Positions 37,150 to 50,145 of a DNA stretch of 64,000 bases are shown piece by piece. Numbering within the stretch: position 1 is the first letter of the stretch; every line of letters starts with the position of its first letter. Made by a program: the position numbers and the translations under genes. The notes beneath the pieces are model-generated. The model did no database searches, was not told the DNA's origin, and worked only from the letters and a program-made list of their open reading frames with translations. Origin of the DNA: Octopus sinensis (Eukaryota); assembly GCF_006345805.1 (NCBI RefSeq), contig NC_043000.1, positions 75,702,001 to 75,766,000 of the forward strand, given 5' to 3'.

Positions 37150-40100
37150 TCCTTCGAGGAGAAGGCAGCTCAGGTAACTGGGATAACTCTGACATAAAAC
37201 CTGCAGCTCAGTGGTTACAGATAATGTTGACTTGCTCTTTTCGGGTTATGGCTGCTGTCGCTTAGCGAGAGGGATTGACTCAGTGACAGTCTTTCCTCAC
37301 TTTAAAAAAATTCTTCTTGCACAGGCACTGCACAATAACAACATTGATTAATTTATTGATTGATTGATTAACTAACTAATTGATGATTGTTGATAGTGCT
37401 ATGGGTCTCAACTGAATGGCTGGCTGTAGCTTTAAAAAGCAAACAATCAATGATGTACCAAAATAAAATAAATGGCAGTAAGGACTCAGGAACCACCTCA
37501 GATGAAAGAGTCTGGCCCAGCAGGGGCTCCAAAGCATCACAGTCTGAACCTGGCCGTCATTGTGCTACTGTGATAAAACTAAATAAAATATTGAATATTG
37601 GCTGTTGGAATGTACAGACACTGCTTGACCGCAAATTCTCAGAATGTCCTGAACAAAGGAGCTTCAACACTATGATCTTGACATCGTTACTTTATCTGAG
37701 ACGAGATTAGCTGGAGACGGTCATCTTACAGAATCTTGTGGAAAATATACATTTTTTTGGAAAGGGAGAGATGAAGAGTTTTGAGGAGAGGCTAGAGTGG
37801 CATTTGCTGTTAAGACTATTCTTGTGGACAGGTTGGAAGAATTCTCAGTCGGGATTAACGAGCGTCTTATGTCCATGAAAATTCCTTTGGCTAATGGAAA
37901 TTATGTGACCTTGGTGAGTGTGTATGCTCCTACTTTGTGCTCTACTGATGATGAAAAAGTTTCTTTCTACCATGCTTTGAAGGGCATTATAAGAAATATT
38001 CCTTGGGTAGACAAAGTCATCGTACTGGGTGACTTTAATGCTAGAGTAGGTAGGGATTTTAACATATGGACTGTAATTGGAAAGCATGGGGTGGGAGAGT
38101 ATAATAGTAATGGTATGCTTCTGCAGCAGATGTGCGAGGAGCTGCGTCTGTGTTACCAATACCATGTTTCAACAAAAGGATAAGTTTAAGACTACATGGT
38201 TGCACCCAGCATCTAACGAATGGCATATTCTGGATTACATCCTTGTTAGGATGCATGGCAGATGAGAAGTGCAGTGTGTTCGTGTTCTTCGTGGGGCTGA
38301 GTGTTGGACTGACCACCGCCTGGTATGTGCAAAAGTGAAATTAATCACAAAATGTAAAATCTGGGCTGAATGTGGCTCGTCTTAGGAGTAATAGTGTGAA
38401 GAGAACTTTACAAGAGGAAATGAATGTTGCAGATATTGGGTAGGATTGGCAGACCCTTAAAAAGTCAGTTTATGATATAGGCAGGAAAGTTCTGGGATTG
38501 ACACTAAGAAAGCATCAAGATTAGTTTAAATGATGAACACATAGATGATTTATTGGCTGATAAAAGACATACTTTGTCACACTATTTGTCAACAAAGCCA
38601 CAGGAGAGAGATGTGCTGCATAGGGAATTCAAGGATGTGAAATCACATGTGAGGCAGAGGCTCTCTCAGATGAGGGATATATGGTGGAGTAAGAAGGCTG
38701 ATGAGATACAGATGGCATCGGATTCCAATAACACAAAGCTGTTGTATGGACTGACTTCTTCTCTGATGACACCACTTCAAAGCAGGGATGGTAAAGAATT
38801 CTGCAAAGGTAGCAAGAACACTTTGATGAACTTTTGAATCAGCAGTCTGCAGTTAGTGAGGATGTTCTCAATCTCATCCCTGAGTTACCTATGAGGGCGG
38901 CTCTCATGGAATCACCAATGTTGGAAGAAGTTGCGGTGGCTATCTCAAGGATGAATAATGAGAGGTCTCCAGATATGGATGGCATACATGCAGAGTTGTT
39001 ACAGCATGGTGGTGAGAAACTTCTGCAGCAACTTCACTCCTTGTTTGGCAGGATATGGGCAACTGAATCTGTACCTGAGGACTGGAGAGATACAGTAATT
39101 GTGGTCTTATATAAGGGAAAGGGCAACAAGAATGATTGTGGTAACTATAGGGGAATATCATTGCTTTCTGTTGTAGGAAAGGTTTTATGCAGGGTACTTC
39201 TGGATCATCTGCTGAAACACGCTGCAGATTGTAGTCTTCCAGAAAGTCAATCTGGCTTTCGTGTGGAATGCGGCACTGCTGATGTAATCTTCTCAGCTAG
39301 ATAGCTTCAGAAGTGTGTGGAACAGGGTCTGGATTTATATCAGGTTTTTGTCAATCTGACAAAAGCCTTTGATACAGTTAATAGAAATACACTGTGGAAA
39401 GTCCTCTAGAAACTTAGTTGTCCCGAAAAGTTCCTTGTTTGGTTAGGTCTTTTCATGAAGACATGAAGGGTAGGGTTAATGTTAGAAGTAAAATGTCGGA
39501 GTCCATCTTAATACAAAATGGAGTGAAATGGAGATATTCTGGCACCGACCCTATATGTCATATATTTTGCAATGGTTTTCTGTATTGTGTTCAGAAATTG
39601 CAGATATGGTGTTTACATCCATTATTGAACCTCTGGCAGCATATTTAATATCAGGCGCTTTGCTGCAAAAACAAGGGTATTTACTTCTATCATAAGAGAC
39701 GTTTTGTATGCAGATGATTGTGATCTAGTGACACACACAGAGATTGACAGTCAGTCTCAAGAAAACTGTTGTCATGTACCAACCTGCCCCTGGTAAGCAG
39801 TATAGTGAACCAAATACCTATGTGCATGGTAAATGACTTGGTTCGTTTGTCTACCTGGGAAGCACTGGATAATGAAATTCCATACAGAATTAGGAAAAAC
39901 AAGTGATGCTTTCAGAAGGCTAGAAAAGCACCTCTGGAGTTGGCAAGACAAAGATAAAGGTGAACAAGGCATGTGTGCTCTCTTCTCTTCTTTATGACTG
40001 CGAGACCTGGGCCACATATCGATACCACCTTAAACAACTGGAATGTTTCCATCAGATGTGTCTCAGACGGATCTATAGCATTAAGTGGGAGGACCACATC

Positions 40101-40840
40101 AGTGATCTTGAGATATTGGAAAGCTCTTGGTGTGAAAGTACAGAAGCTCTTGTGTTGAGGCAAAGTCTCAGATGGGGTGGTCATCTGGTCAGGATGAAAA
40201 ATTCAAGGATGCCAAAACAACTCTTTTATGGAGAGTTAGCTAAAGGAGAACAACCTCCACATAAACCAAAAAAGAGGTATAAAGACTTGCTGTAGACTTC
40301 CTTGAGAAATGCTAGCATCTCTCCTGACACATGGGGGGGGGAGCACAGCTAGTGACCGTAGCAGGTAGAGAAGGATTGTGCATGAGGGGACAGCTACTTT
40401 TGAGAAATCTCGAGTTGCAAATGAGAAAGTAAGGAGGGTTGTCAAGAAAGGTGTCGCTGTTGCATTTCCAGACGGTAAGGGTTTTCCTATCACGCTGACA
40501 TGCAGTGTCTGTGCAAGACCCTGCCTCAGTAAAGCTGGATTCAAGAGTCATCTTCGTAGTCATAAAGCGAGACCGATGATCGACTACCAGGCCACTGGTG
40601 GTGGTGCTACACACCATACTAATCATATCTGTCAGGCATGTGGAAGGGAGTGTGATTCAGCGGGAGGACTTAAACGACATGCAAAGGTACATGAAGCCCA
40701 ATTACAACTACAGCCAGTTATTGCCAGTAAAGGTTTTAGCTGTCAATTCTGTACAAGACATTGTAGATTTTTGACTGGGCTAAAAAGTCAACATTTGATC
40801 ACAGCACCATTAACAGTTGGGAATATTTGGATGTTATGAA
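37150..40840 (+). mobile_element. Degraded full-length RTE/BovB-like LINE in Rag intron 3 (antisense), with three C-terminal C2H2 fingers
   Basis: IGCWNVQTL near 37600; YAPT and GDFNARVG (37797-38183); NYRGISLL and QSGFR (38834-39304); YADD near 39710; LRWGGHL and QLFYGEL (39960-40295); zinc fingers in 40378-40839. 5' boundary approximate. Confidence 0.9.
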
Positions 40841-41683
40841 CACCATGAATGTATTTGCAAAAGCAGGCACCTAAATAGCATCTAGTTCCACCTATTATGA
40901 AGTTATGAAGTTTACATTTAATACCATACACAACGTTGGTGGTAGAGATGCAATCAAAATTATCAGAAACTACCTGGTTTGGAGTTCAAAGCAAATGCTA
41001 AGTTTAAAGAATAATGTACCATTCTATTTGGTTATTTTATTATTGACAGTAATCAATTTGAATATAAATAAGAATAAAAATCCTTACAAATATAAATATT
41101 TACAGAATTAGAAAATATATGTAAATCTAAAACAGAAACAAAAAAGCAAATTTTGACCAGGGTTACATTAAAAAATATATATCAAAATCAAATAGAATTT
41201 TAAAAATTGGTTGTAATATAACTTGAATAATTTTCTTATGATGTACTTAAATCCAGATGGAAAAAAATTATCCTAAATATGGCAAGTAAGGAAAATATCT
41301 TTCCATAATACTAGGTTAACAGGAAAATTAAAATTCTGAAGTGGAAGATATCTGAAGAAACCTTAACCCCTTAGCATTCAGATTACTTTGTCAAATGTAA
41401 TGCTTATTTATTCATATTTTTTTAAAAATTAATCATGTACTATCTTGTAGCTTTCAGATTTCAATGATGTTATTGTTTGTTTTTAGAATTACATTGCAGG
41501 TAAGCCTGAGAAGTTTGATCTAACCAGTTTGAACATAAAATGGGTAGAATATTTGATCATACTTTTCATGTAATAATTTAATTTAAATATCAACTGAAAA
41601 AGAAGCTGAAAAAGGCTATAGGAACTTAACTTTCTCACACTAACAACTACATTAAAATAAATCAATAAAAATAGAATACTCAC

Positions 41684-41817
41684 TTGTGCATCAATGACAA
41701 AAATCAAGGCACCACAACCACGAAATATTTTGTCGACATCAAATAGAGTATCAAAGAAATCTATGTGACCAGGCAAATCCCATACTTGGAATTGGACAAA
41801 TGAACTGTTAGAAATAT
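41684..41817 (-). CDS. RRAGC/D: Rag C/D exon 3: (D)[44 protein letters not shown]
   Basis: CACACAG acceptor, GTGAGT donor, 134 bp; G3 motif WDLPGH. Confidence 0.97.
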
Positions 41818-42249
41818 CTGTGTGAAAGTAATATAGATTGGAAAAGAATGACAACAGTGACAATAATCATCATCATGATCTCAATTATCATAAAACTGTT
41901 GGTAGTATATCATATTGTGTTAACTATGTCAGTTGATAGAAATAAACATAATATAATATACAACCAGGAGTTGAAAATTGATGAGCTATGCTCATGGAAG
42001 ACAGACACTACATGGTCATACTAGCACATACTGATGCAAGTTGCAAACTGGATATTGCTGGTGAACATAAGACAAACTACTTGATAAGATCTCCCCCACT
42101 TGGATCACTCAGTCATTAGTCTATTACAAATTAAACAATTAAGCTATACAATATTGTACTATGTACAATACTACACAATAGCATACAATATTACAATAGA
42201 TTCTATTTCATCAATCCCAGACTGTTCATTGATACCAATGACATAATCT

Positions 42250-43410
42250 CAAACTCTGTAGGTTTCTATCCTAGATTATTGTGATCCAGCTGTATGTATC
42301 AATGTTCAATCCCCTTGAGTTGTCTTTAACCATATCCTTGGTCTGCTCCGATTTCTTGTACAGCTAGCCAGTTATGAATATAGCATTTGTCTTGAAAACT
42401 GAGTTTTCTTCATTGTTTGGACATGCAGAGCTACCTGAGGTTTCACTGTACCGATATCTCTGTCATATTAGGAAAAGCCCTAGAATAAAAGTGTTCCTGA
42501 CTTGTCTTGAGTAATATTCATGATTTACCTCAGAAGTCTCATTTTGAATACATACAGTTTTATTTACCTGTTTGAAGTGTAACATCCATGATTCCAATCT
42601 AGAGTAGATAATACAATTGCTTAGCCCTTCACTCAGACAACTGCATGCTAGTTGTTCCACGGTGACCCTCTCAATCTTCCAAATACCAACTTGGCCCTGT
42701 TCATCCTGCAATCTAGTTCTTCACTGATTTTATCATTACAACTGATTGCAATGTCCAGATAGGTAAAGTAACTTGGCTTCGTAAACTTCTATTTAATGTT
42801 GATAAGCTCAGTTTATGCAACTTTGCTTAGCTGACAGAGAATTTCAGTCTTCAGGATGTTAATTTTCCAGTCAAGTTTTGTGGCTGCACTGCCAAAAGCA
42901 TCCACCAGTCTCTGCGTGTCCTCTGCATGATAAGAGACCAAGGCTCAATCATCAGCAAACAAACATTTCTCACATTAAGATTTATGTAAATTTAGTTTCA
43001 AGGTCTTGACTATATACATATAACTTCAATGGAGTTGTAGAATACCTCCTTGAGTGCTGCTGTCAGACAAAGTGAGAATAACATTAGCATAGCAGAGTCA
43101 GTTCTGCTTGAATTCCACAATAATATTAAATTGTGCAGAGCTGGTGTTCAGGGACATAATTAGACAAGTGAATTTTCTACCTTCCACAGGCTCAACTGGT
43201 TTACTGTGTTGAATACCTTCATGAAGTCAATTAAAATCAAAGCTGTTAGTCCCAGCAGAAGTATGGAAAATGGTGGACACTATACCATTAGATGTCTCCA
43301 CCAGATGATGCTGGTGATGTCCCATATGACTGGAAGGATGCTAGCATCATCCTCATATTTAAGAAGCACAACAAGAATGACTGCAGGAACTACTGAAGGA
43401 TTTCATTACT
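42250..43410 (-). mobile_element. Degraded RTE/BovB-like LINE with an inverted 5' segment
   Basis: Minus 42280-43170 encodes LFSLCL...LFADD*AL...INILKT; plus 43170-43410 encodes PAEVWK...DWKDASIILIFKK...CRNY*RISLL. Confidence 0.72.
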
Positions 43411-46400
43411 TGCTATAATTTAGGAACACCATAACATGATACCCATCTTGATACCAGGGCTCGCACTACAGGTTCAGCAGAAATATCACTTAGCGGAATG
43501 GCTTCAGGCAATATGAATGTGGCAGAAACGCACATCAGGAGTACTAAAAGTGCCAAAAGGGGCACAGATGTGCTTATGCACCTTCGACTTCTGGCATTGA
43601 AGGCAAGATTGGGTCCATTCAGTAATGTCGTGTTTCATATTTAGCTAAAAGAATCTATCCATTATGAGCTTTACTGAGACCAAGACTCCAGGTCTCAGTA
43701 AGACTGTCCAAAGCTTCCAATACAGCTCAACGATGGGTTCCTGGGATGAATGGATTATGCGAATCCATTGACACATCACACAAGATCTGCATGTCAACAG
43801 TTGGTAGAGGCAGTATTTGAATTTGCATGTTACAAATTCAGAAGATGTGTCGAGTCCAGAGGATAAAACAGTCAGGTCAATCTCAGAAGTAGATAACAAA
43901 GAATTCACTGGAAGGTGGGAAAATGCATCTGCAGCAATGTTCTGAGCTCCAGAGATATGCTGGATGTCACTGGTAAATTGAGATATGAAATCCAGGTGTC
44001 TAGTCTACCTCAGTGAATACTTTTTAGGCTTGGATCATAAGGCAAAAGTAAGAGGCTTATGATCAGTATAGATGATAAAGTTCCTCCCTTCGAGGATATG
44101 CTGGAAATGCTTCACCGAAAGGTAGATCACTAACAAATTTACGACCAAAGATGCTGTAATGAGTCTTGGCAGGTTTCAGCTGCTGAAAGAAAAAGGCAAG
44201 AGGTTGCAGGTGTCCTTCATGAAACTGTTGTAAAATGGCACCAACAGCTGTGTTCAACGCATCAACCACAAGCAAAAGCTTTGCATTGAAGACAGGGTGT
44301 ATGAGGAAAGATGCTTTAGCAAGTTCATGTTTAACAGTATCAAAAGCTTCCATCTGGACCAGAGTCAATGCAATAACTTCATTCTTCTTATGACAATACT
44401 TTAAGAGCTCAATAAGATGAGACAGAGGCTCAGCATAGCAAGGAATGAAACGGCTATAAAAATTTAGCAATCCAAGGCAGGCGAAGTGAAGGAGAAGGAG
44501 GAAGGTCCTCAATAGCCCACACTTTTTCTAGAAAAGGTTGAATACCCTCTTTGTCAATAATATGGCCAAGAAACACAAGAGAAGATGTGTCAGAAACACA
44601 TTTAGCAGGGTTAATCTGAACTTGAAATTGGTTTAGATGCTGGAAGAGCAGCTTTAAATGATGAACATGCTCTGCAGCTGAAGAACTGGCAATCAAGAGA
44701 TCATCGATATATGCATAGACAAAGTCCAGTCCACAAATGATTTCATCTATGCACCACTGAAATGTGCTGGCAACATTGTGAAGGCCAAATGGCAAAATTA
44801 AGAATTCAAAGGAGCCAAATGGGATTGTAACTGAGGTCTTCAGAACATCCTCAGGGTGAACAGGCATTTGGTGATAAGCCCTCATGAGATTGAGCTTGGA
44901 AAACACAGTACATCCAAGCGGTAGGGAAGCAAAATCCTGGAGAAGAGAAATTGAATACCTATCAGGAGTGGTGATAGCATTAAGACGTCTAACATTTACT
45001 GTAGGCCTAATCACCAGAGCACTTGGAGACCATGTGCAGGGGTGAGGCCCATTGGCTTGTGGAAGGGCGGATAATCTCGCACTCCAGCATGTGATCAAAT
45101 TCTGCCTTTGCTGCTTTGAGCATCTTCAGAGGCAGATGATGAGGACATGAAAACATTAGAGCACCATCCATAGAAATGAAATGTTTCATTGAGTCGGTAG
45201 AATTACCTAGCTGGAAACTCAGATTGGTGAGCTCTGGGTAAGAGTTTAAAAGCAATGTAAGTTTCCAGACACCGCAACAAAGAACGTTGGGATAACCAAT
45301 GAAATACTCAATTTTTGCCCCAAGATAGAAAAGTCCATAGTGCTGTCCGACAGCCACTGCTTATGAACATCAAGTATAAGAGAATAGTGGTGGAGAAAAT
45401 ACGCACCAAGGGTTTTGGGTAAGGCAGGTCAGCTATGATGGAAATCCATTTAAAATCACAAAGCAGAGCCAAATCCGAAAAAAGAGAGATTTGGCAGTAT
45501 GTCAGGATAGGTGAGTTGTTCACTGCTTGCAAGGTAATAGCAGAAAGAGGAGGTTTATCTTTAATGAATTTTACTGGCCAAATACTGCAAGCAGCACCAG
45601 AATTGACAAGGAAAAGTTTGTGCGATAATAAATCCTCAACAAAAAATACATGAGTATGATGGTACAAACTGGGAGTAGCTGTCATGCTCAGTGTCCTATG
45701 GTAGTGTTTACCTGACTCACATGAGAACACGGTTGAATGCATTTATGAGTAGCATCACCAAAACGTTTATGATACAAGCAGAATATTGAAGAAGCAAGAG
45801 AAAAAGAATGCCATGTAGGAGAGGACGAATGACTGAATGATCTTCGGTGTGTAAAATTCTGCGCAGCACATAATCTCTTCACCTCTTTAGTTAAATCAAG
45901 AATGGCTTGTAGAGTCGTCGATTGCACTGAATCAGCCTCAGAAGTAGCTGCTACTGTAGAAGGAGAAGAAAAAACAGCAGCATCTCTTGCCAGTATATTT
46001 TAATATCTTATTGGCTGAAGAAACCAACTGATCTACTGAACTGACCTCCATCATAGGAGCAAGGTTGGCCTGCACATTTGATGGCAAACAAGAGAAGAAA
46101 AACAGTTTAATCATGGAGTTGTCCTCAGATGATCCCTCAGTAATTTCCTGCATCCTGTGTAGGTGTTGGCTTGATATCCAGTCATCCATGTGTTCCTCGT
46201 TAACCAACATACGAAAGTATTTCCCTGCTGAAAGAGACATTCTATAGAGAACTCTATTCTTTATTGAAAAATAAGATGCATCCTTAAGTGGGTCTGTTAT
46301 AAGATCCTTCAAATGAACAGCTAATGAAGAAGGGATGGCACTCAGTAAAATATGTAGCTGTTGCTGCACCAAGTTAATATTATTTGCAGTAAAGTATCAC

Positions 46401-46870
46401 TATTTGCGCCAACCTAACTTTTACATAACCACTGAACGCTGGTAACAAAGTGATTCATGCTGGCGAAAAAATGTAATATGTATGAATTAATAAAATGTTG
46501 TGAGCACAATTCTCAAAGAAAAGAAATATTAATCCTCAGTGATTTGTTCTATTTTCTTCTTAATTGACTGTAAAACAAATCCAAAATGAAGCAGAATCAA
46601 AATTTTTTTACAAATGGCGGTGAGTGGGAAAAATCAAGCCAAAATGAGGTGAAACATGCGCTTAGACACCATGAAGAAAATGAGGCAACAAGACAGGTAG
46701 CCATCTTGTAAAACAGGTAAATGTATACATAAAGTAGAATGCAGCAAATGAAGTTTTACAGAGTCTGATTTGTGAGCATAATTCTTTAATTGTTTTTTTG
46801 GTGGGGGGAGTTTATTTCCAAAAGAAATATTCCAACGTCGGGGTCACCAATTTTAGTGAGTTGGTTACCA
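43410..46870 (-). mobile_element. Degraded Gypsy/Ty3 LTR retrotransposon internal region (gag-PR-RT-RH-IN)
   Basis: gag 45938-46372; CLYHKRFGDATHKCIQPC; protease FLVNSGA (45308-45742); RT PFGL and YIDDLLIAS (44454-45098); RNase H (44063-44512); integrase HHCC CLQCQKSK and PEAIPL...WVSCYGVP down to about 43410. LTRs not confidently delimited. Confidence 0.9.
46835..46849 (-). promoter_or_regulatory. Primer binding site complementary to the tRNA-Trp 3' end
   Basis: Minus strand TGGTGACCCCGACGT: a 15-nt match to metazoan tRNA-Trp(CCA) 3' end ...ACGTCGGGGTCACCA; about 0.4 kb upstream of gag. Confidence 0.8.
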
Positions 46871-48369
46871 ATGTTGTATGTTGTCATCAAAGTAACAGGT
46901 TCAAAGTTGTAACATGTCTGAAGGCAATGTGTTGTTTAGATGTCACAATATAATGTGGAATAAAGTGTGTGTAGAAATAAATGTCAGAAAGCATGTTTTG
47001 TTTATGAAGCAACTAATTTAGCTCTTTGAAAAACACATATAGGCAGAAGTTGCCACATGTATCCTTCCGCAGCCAGCTCAAAATGGATGAAATGGGCATA
47101 GCATGACTGAGCTAATCCACCACAACAAAATAGTGCTTTCATGTCTCACTACAGTTTCTTATTCCAAGAGAATGTGTACTCATGTCACAAAGGACAACTA
47201 TATCAATGTTGTGTGTTTCCAGCTAGTGCCACAATTGCATTTTTGGTTGATCTTTATTTCCTCTATTTAGTAGTCTCCTATCATTCCATTGGGCTAGATA
47301 AAGGCTCATTTTCTTGCATCCTACTAAATTGTTTGCTACTCCTCAGATCCTTGGCAACTCAAGGAGCAATCAATCAGATATCATTTTGAATAGTTGATAT
47401 TATTTCAGAGGGATGTTTGCAAGTGTTAACAGCTTTTGGAATTATTAGTAAATTTTTTTCAATATGATGATGTAAACATAGTGAGCAAGAACATGCCAAA
47501 ACATACTGTTCCTACAACTATTGTGGTGGTTGACCAGAAAACAATCACAGTGTGACATGTCACCACACATCTAAGAGAATGCCATAGAGAACTTAGTCAG
47601 TAGGTTGTTAACTATTGAATCATTTGGTCCATCTTGACAGAGTTTGCTTTCCATTCCAATGATCACCTTCCTTACCAAGCAAGCTTTCTGAGGGTTGCTA
47701 GTTTAGTCACTGAAGGCCTGACTATACGAAGATTGAAATGTTTTATACGAACATCAGTAGATGTCTACAATATTATACCATGAAATATTATATTCAAGAC
47801 TAAGCACAATAATACAAAACATGAGACTATTATAGAATACTATAAATGATAGTATTCAATGCGAAACAATATAGTTGGTAGCCAACTCACTAAAATTGGT
47901 GACCCTGACACTGGAATATTTCTTTCAGAAATATTCCCCTCCCCCCAAAATACAATATAGTTTTTTTTATTATAGATCTAGTCTAGAGAAAGAGAGTGTG
48001 CCCATGGCTTTCACAGACATCATCAGTGATAGTGAGGCCCACCATATGTAGCAGCAGAGGCTTATAGTTTGCACGTGAATGATGCTCAGATACAGCAGGT
48101 TAAGGATGAATGAAGGGTGGTGTCATCTGTGTAGGAGTGGGAGTTGCAGGAACTGATGGAAAGTAGTTAATTGATATACAGGGTAAAGAGTCTAGGGGAC
48201 AAAATCAAACTTTGGAGCACATTAAAGCTCTAAATGGAACTAATGACTACAAACAAAATGGCCAGTTTCAGAAATGTGTGTATACAATAAGAAGGAAATA
48301 CAAAATCACATGAAGCAATCAAAACTATACCTCTGCCCTCACTGAAACTAATAAACTTATCAGACTCAC

Positions 48370-48464
48370 CATCTTTGACTATTTTGTTAGTGCTTTCAAG
48401 GAACAGGGTTTCATTTGGGGATACTTTATGAAACACAACTTTTTGTATGGAGGACTTGCCACTT
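48370..48464 (-). CDS. RRAGC/D: Rag C/D exon 2: (R)[31 protein letters not shown]
   Basis: TTTTCAG acceptor, GTGAGT donor, 95 bp; P-loop GLRRSGKS completed across the intron. Confidence 0.97.
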
Positions 48465-50005
48465 CTGAAAAGAAAGATAAAGGCAGTAAATTACAAATGG
48501 AACATACCCTACCACATACAATAGAGTTCACCTTCAGCTAGAAACTCCAAACTACTTTCACAATATCAGATATGTACCCTCCTTCAATCTGCAATTGAGA
48601 AGTGCTTCTTTCTTCAATAGTGTCAAGGTATATATGTGCACAGATGTGCATGCTAATTGATGCATGTGTAGGAACCTGTGCATGCATGTACACATTTGTA
48701 GATTGTGTGTGTTTTTTCACTGAAAAGCTATACTGGGTATATTTACTATTTATTGCAATGTTTTGAGGAGCATCCAAAATATTGCTACTCTCAAAAGGAC
48801 TCCTCTTTACCTATCACCAGATTCAAACAAGAACCTAACAGTATGGAGTGATTTGACAACTGCCATGAGCAAGTCTCTATGTGGTCACTTGACTTGCAAC
48901 AAATAATAGCCAAATTGCTCTCATATCATAGCCTATAATATTAAAAAAAGGAATAGACACACTGGATAATGTAGTCCCAAATGTACTCTGTTTGAAAAAC
49001 ACAGACGAGTTAACCATAACTGGAATGCTTTGGATCAGGTCTGCCTATATGGGTCCATCAGGAACTGAAAAACAATAATGTCAATCATCATCATAATCCT
49101 TAGTTCCACTGGTTTAACATCCAAAGGATACATTTCTATGATGTCACTAAGATTCACACAAACTTTTGACTTGCATACAAAGCCTAGAATACTTTTCCAC
49201 ACAGTAAGTTTCTCAAGGTCATGCAGCAGATTCAGAATAACCATACTTAGCTATTCCCCTACTCTAACTGAAGCTCCTCTTTTTTTTACACCTTATATTT
49301 TACAAACATTATACAACACTACATTAAGTTCTATGTTACCTGTCACAAAATATTTCCAGTTACTAGAGAGAGTCTTCACTACACCACTATACATCAAACA
49401 TCAATTTCAGGTACCTAAAACCCAATGTCCACTGACCTTATTTTCATTGTTATATAACATTCTCAAATACTCTATCACACCCTGTCTTCAGATGAAAAAG
49501 CGAAGGGATGAAGATAACTATATTGAGATAGAAATGTGCTCTACATGGCACATCTTAAATGTGAAAAATGAGGCATTTATTACAAAAATGTTCAATAAGA
49601 AATTAAAATTTATTGCAACTTTGGTAATGTCTATGTTACTATAGAAACTGAAGAATCATCAATATAAGGCACCAAGTTCATCATCTTATGTCCACTTTTC
49701 ACGCTGGCTTTTCACTTGATCATACTGAACTCAGTACTCATTTTGGAGTGGAACATATTTTATCAAACTCTATTTACCAAATGACTTAACTTTTGATGCA
49801 GTGTTTTATATATGTAAACAAATTCTGATACATGTATTTACCTAGCTTTAAAACAGTTTCTGTCAACAAGATTCCACACACAAAACATTGTTTGACCCAA
49901 AGCTGCAGAATCCCCTTGCCCAAGATAATTTTTTTTAAAAACCATAAAATTAGTATGTTCAACTTCAATCTGATCTTTACACCTTTTAAAAATGGTAAGA
50001 CTGAC

Positions 50006-50145
50006 CTTCGAAGGCCCATCAACAGAATCCGTGGTTTTTCATCTGAACTTGAAGCTGTAGCTTCATTCTCCTGATCAACTGTACCATATCCAAAATCTTG
50101 GAATGAGCCAACCATAAAATCCCCACCAGCATCATCTTCATAGGA
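50006..50145 (-). CDS. RRAGC/D: Rag C/D exon 1 (first identified coding exon): SYEDDAGGDFMVGSFQDFGYG...EKPRILLMGLR
   Basis: CTTGCAG acceptor (phase 0), GTCAGT donor, 140 bp; DFGYG and KPRILLMGLRR are diagnostic of RagC/D. Start ATG must lie in an upstream exon. Confidence 0.95.

Noticed and set aside
38696-38725. CTGATGA-GAT...ATC-GGAT hammerhead-like string
   Set aside because: Lacks GAAA and flanking stems; coding sequence of a LINE.
46835-46849. tRNA-Trp gene
   Set aside because: Only the 3' 15 nt including CCA match; position upstream of gag indicates a PBS.
49078-49644. 188-aa plus-strand ORF in Rag intron 1
   Set aside because: Low-complexity S/T/L/F composition, no domain; probably antisense of a decayed repeat.
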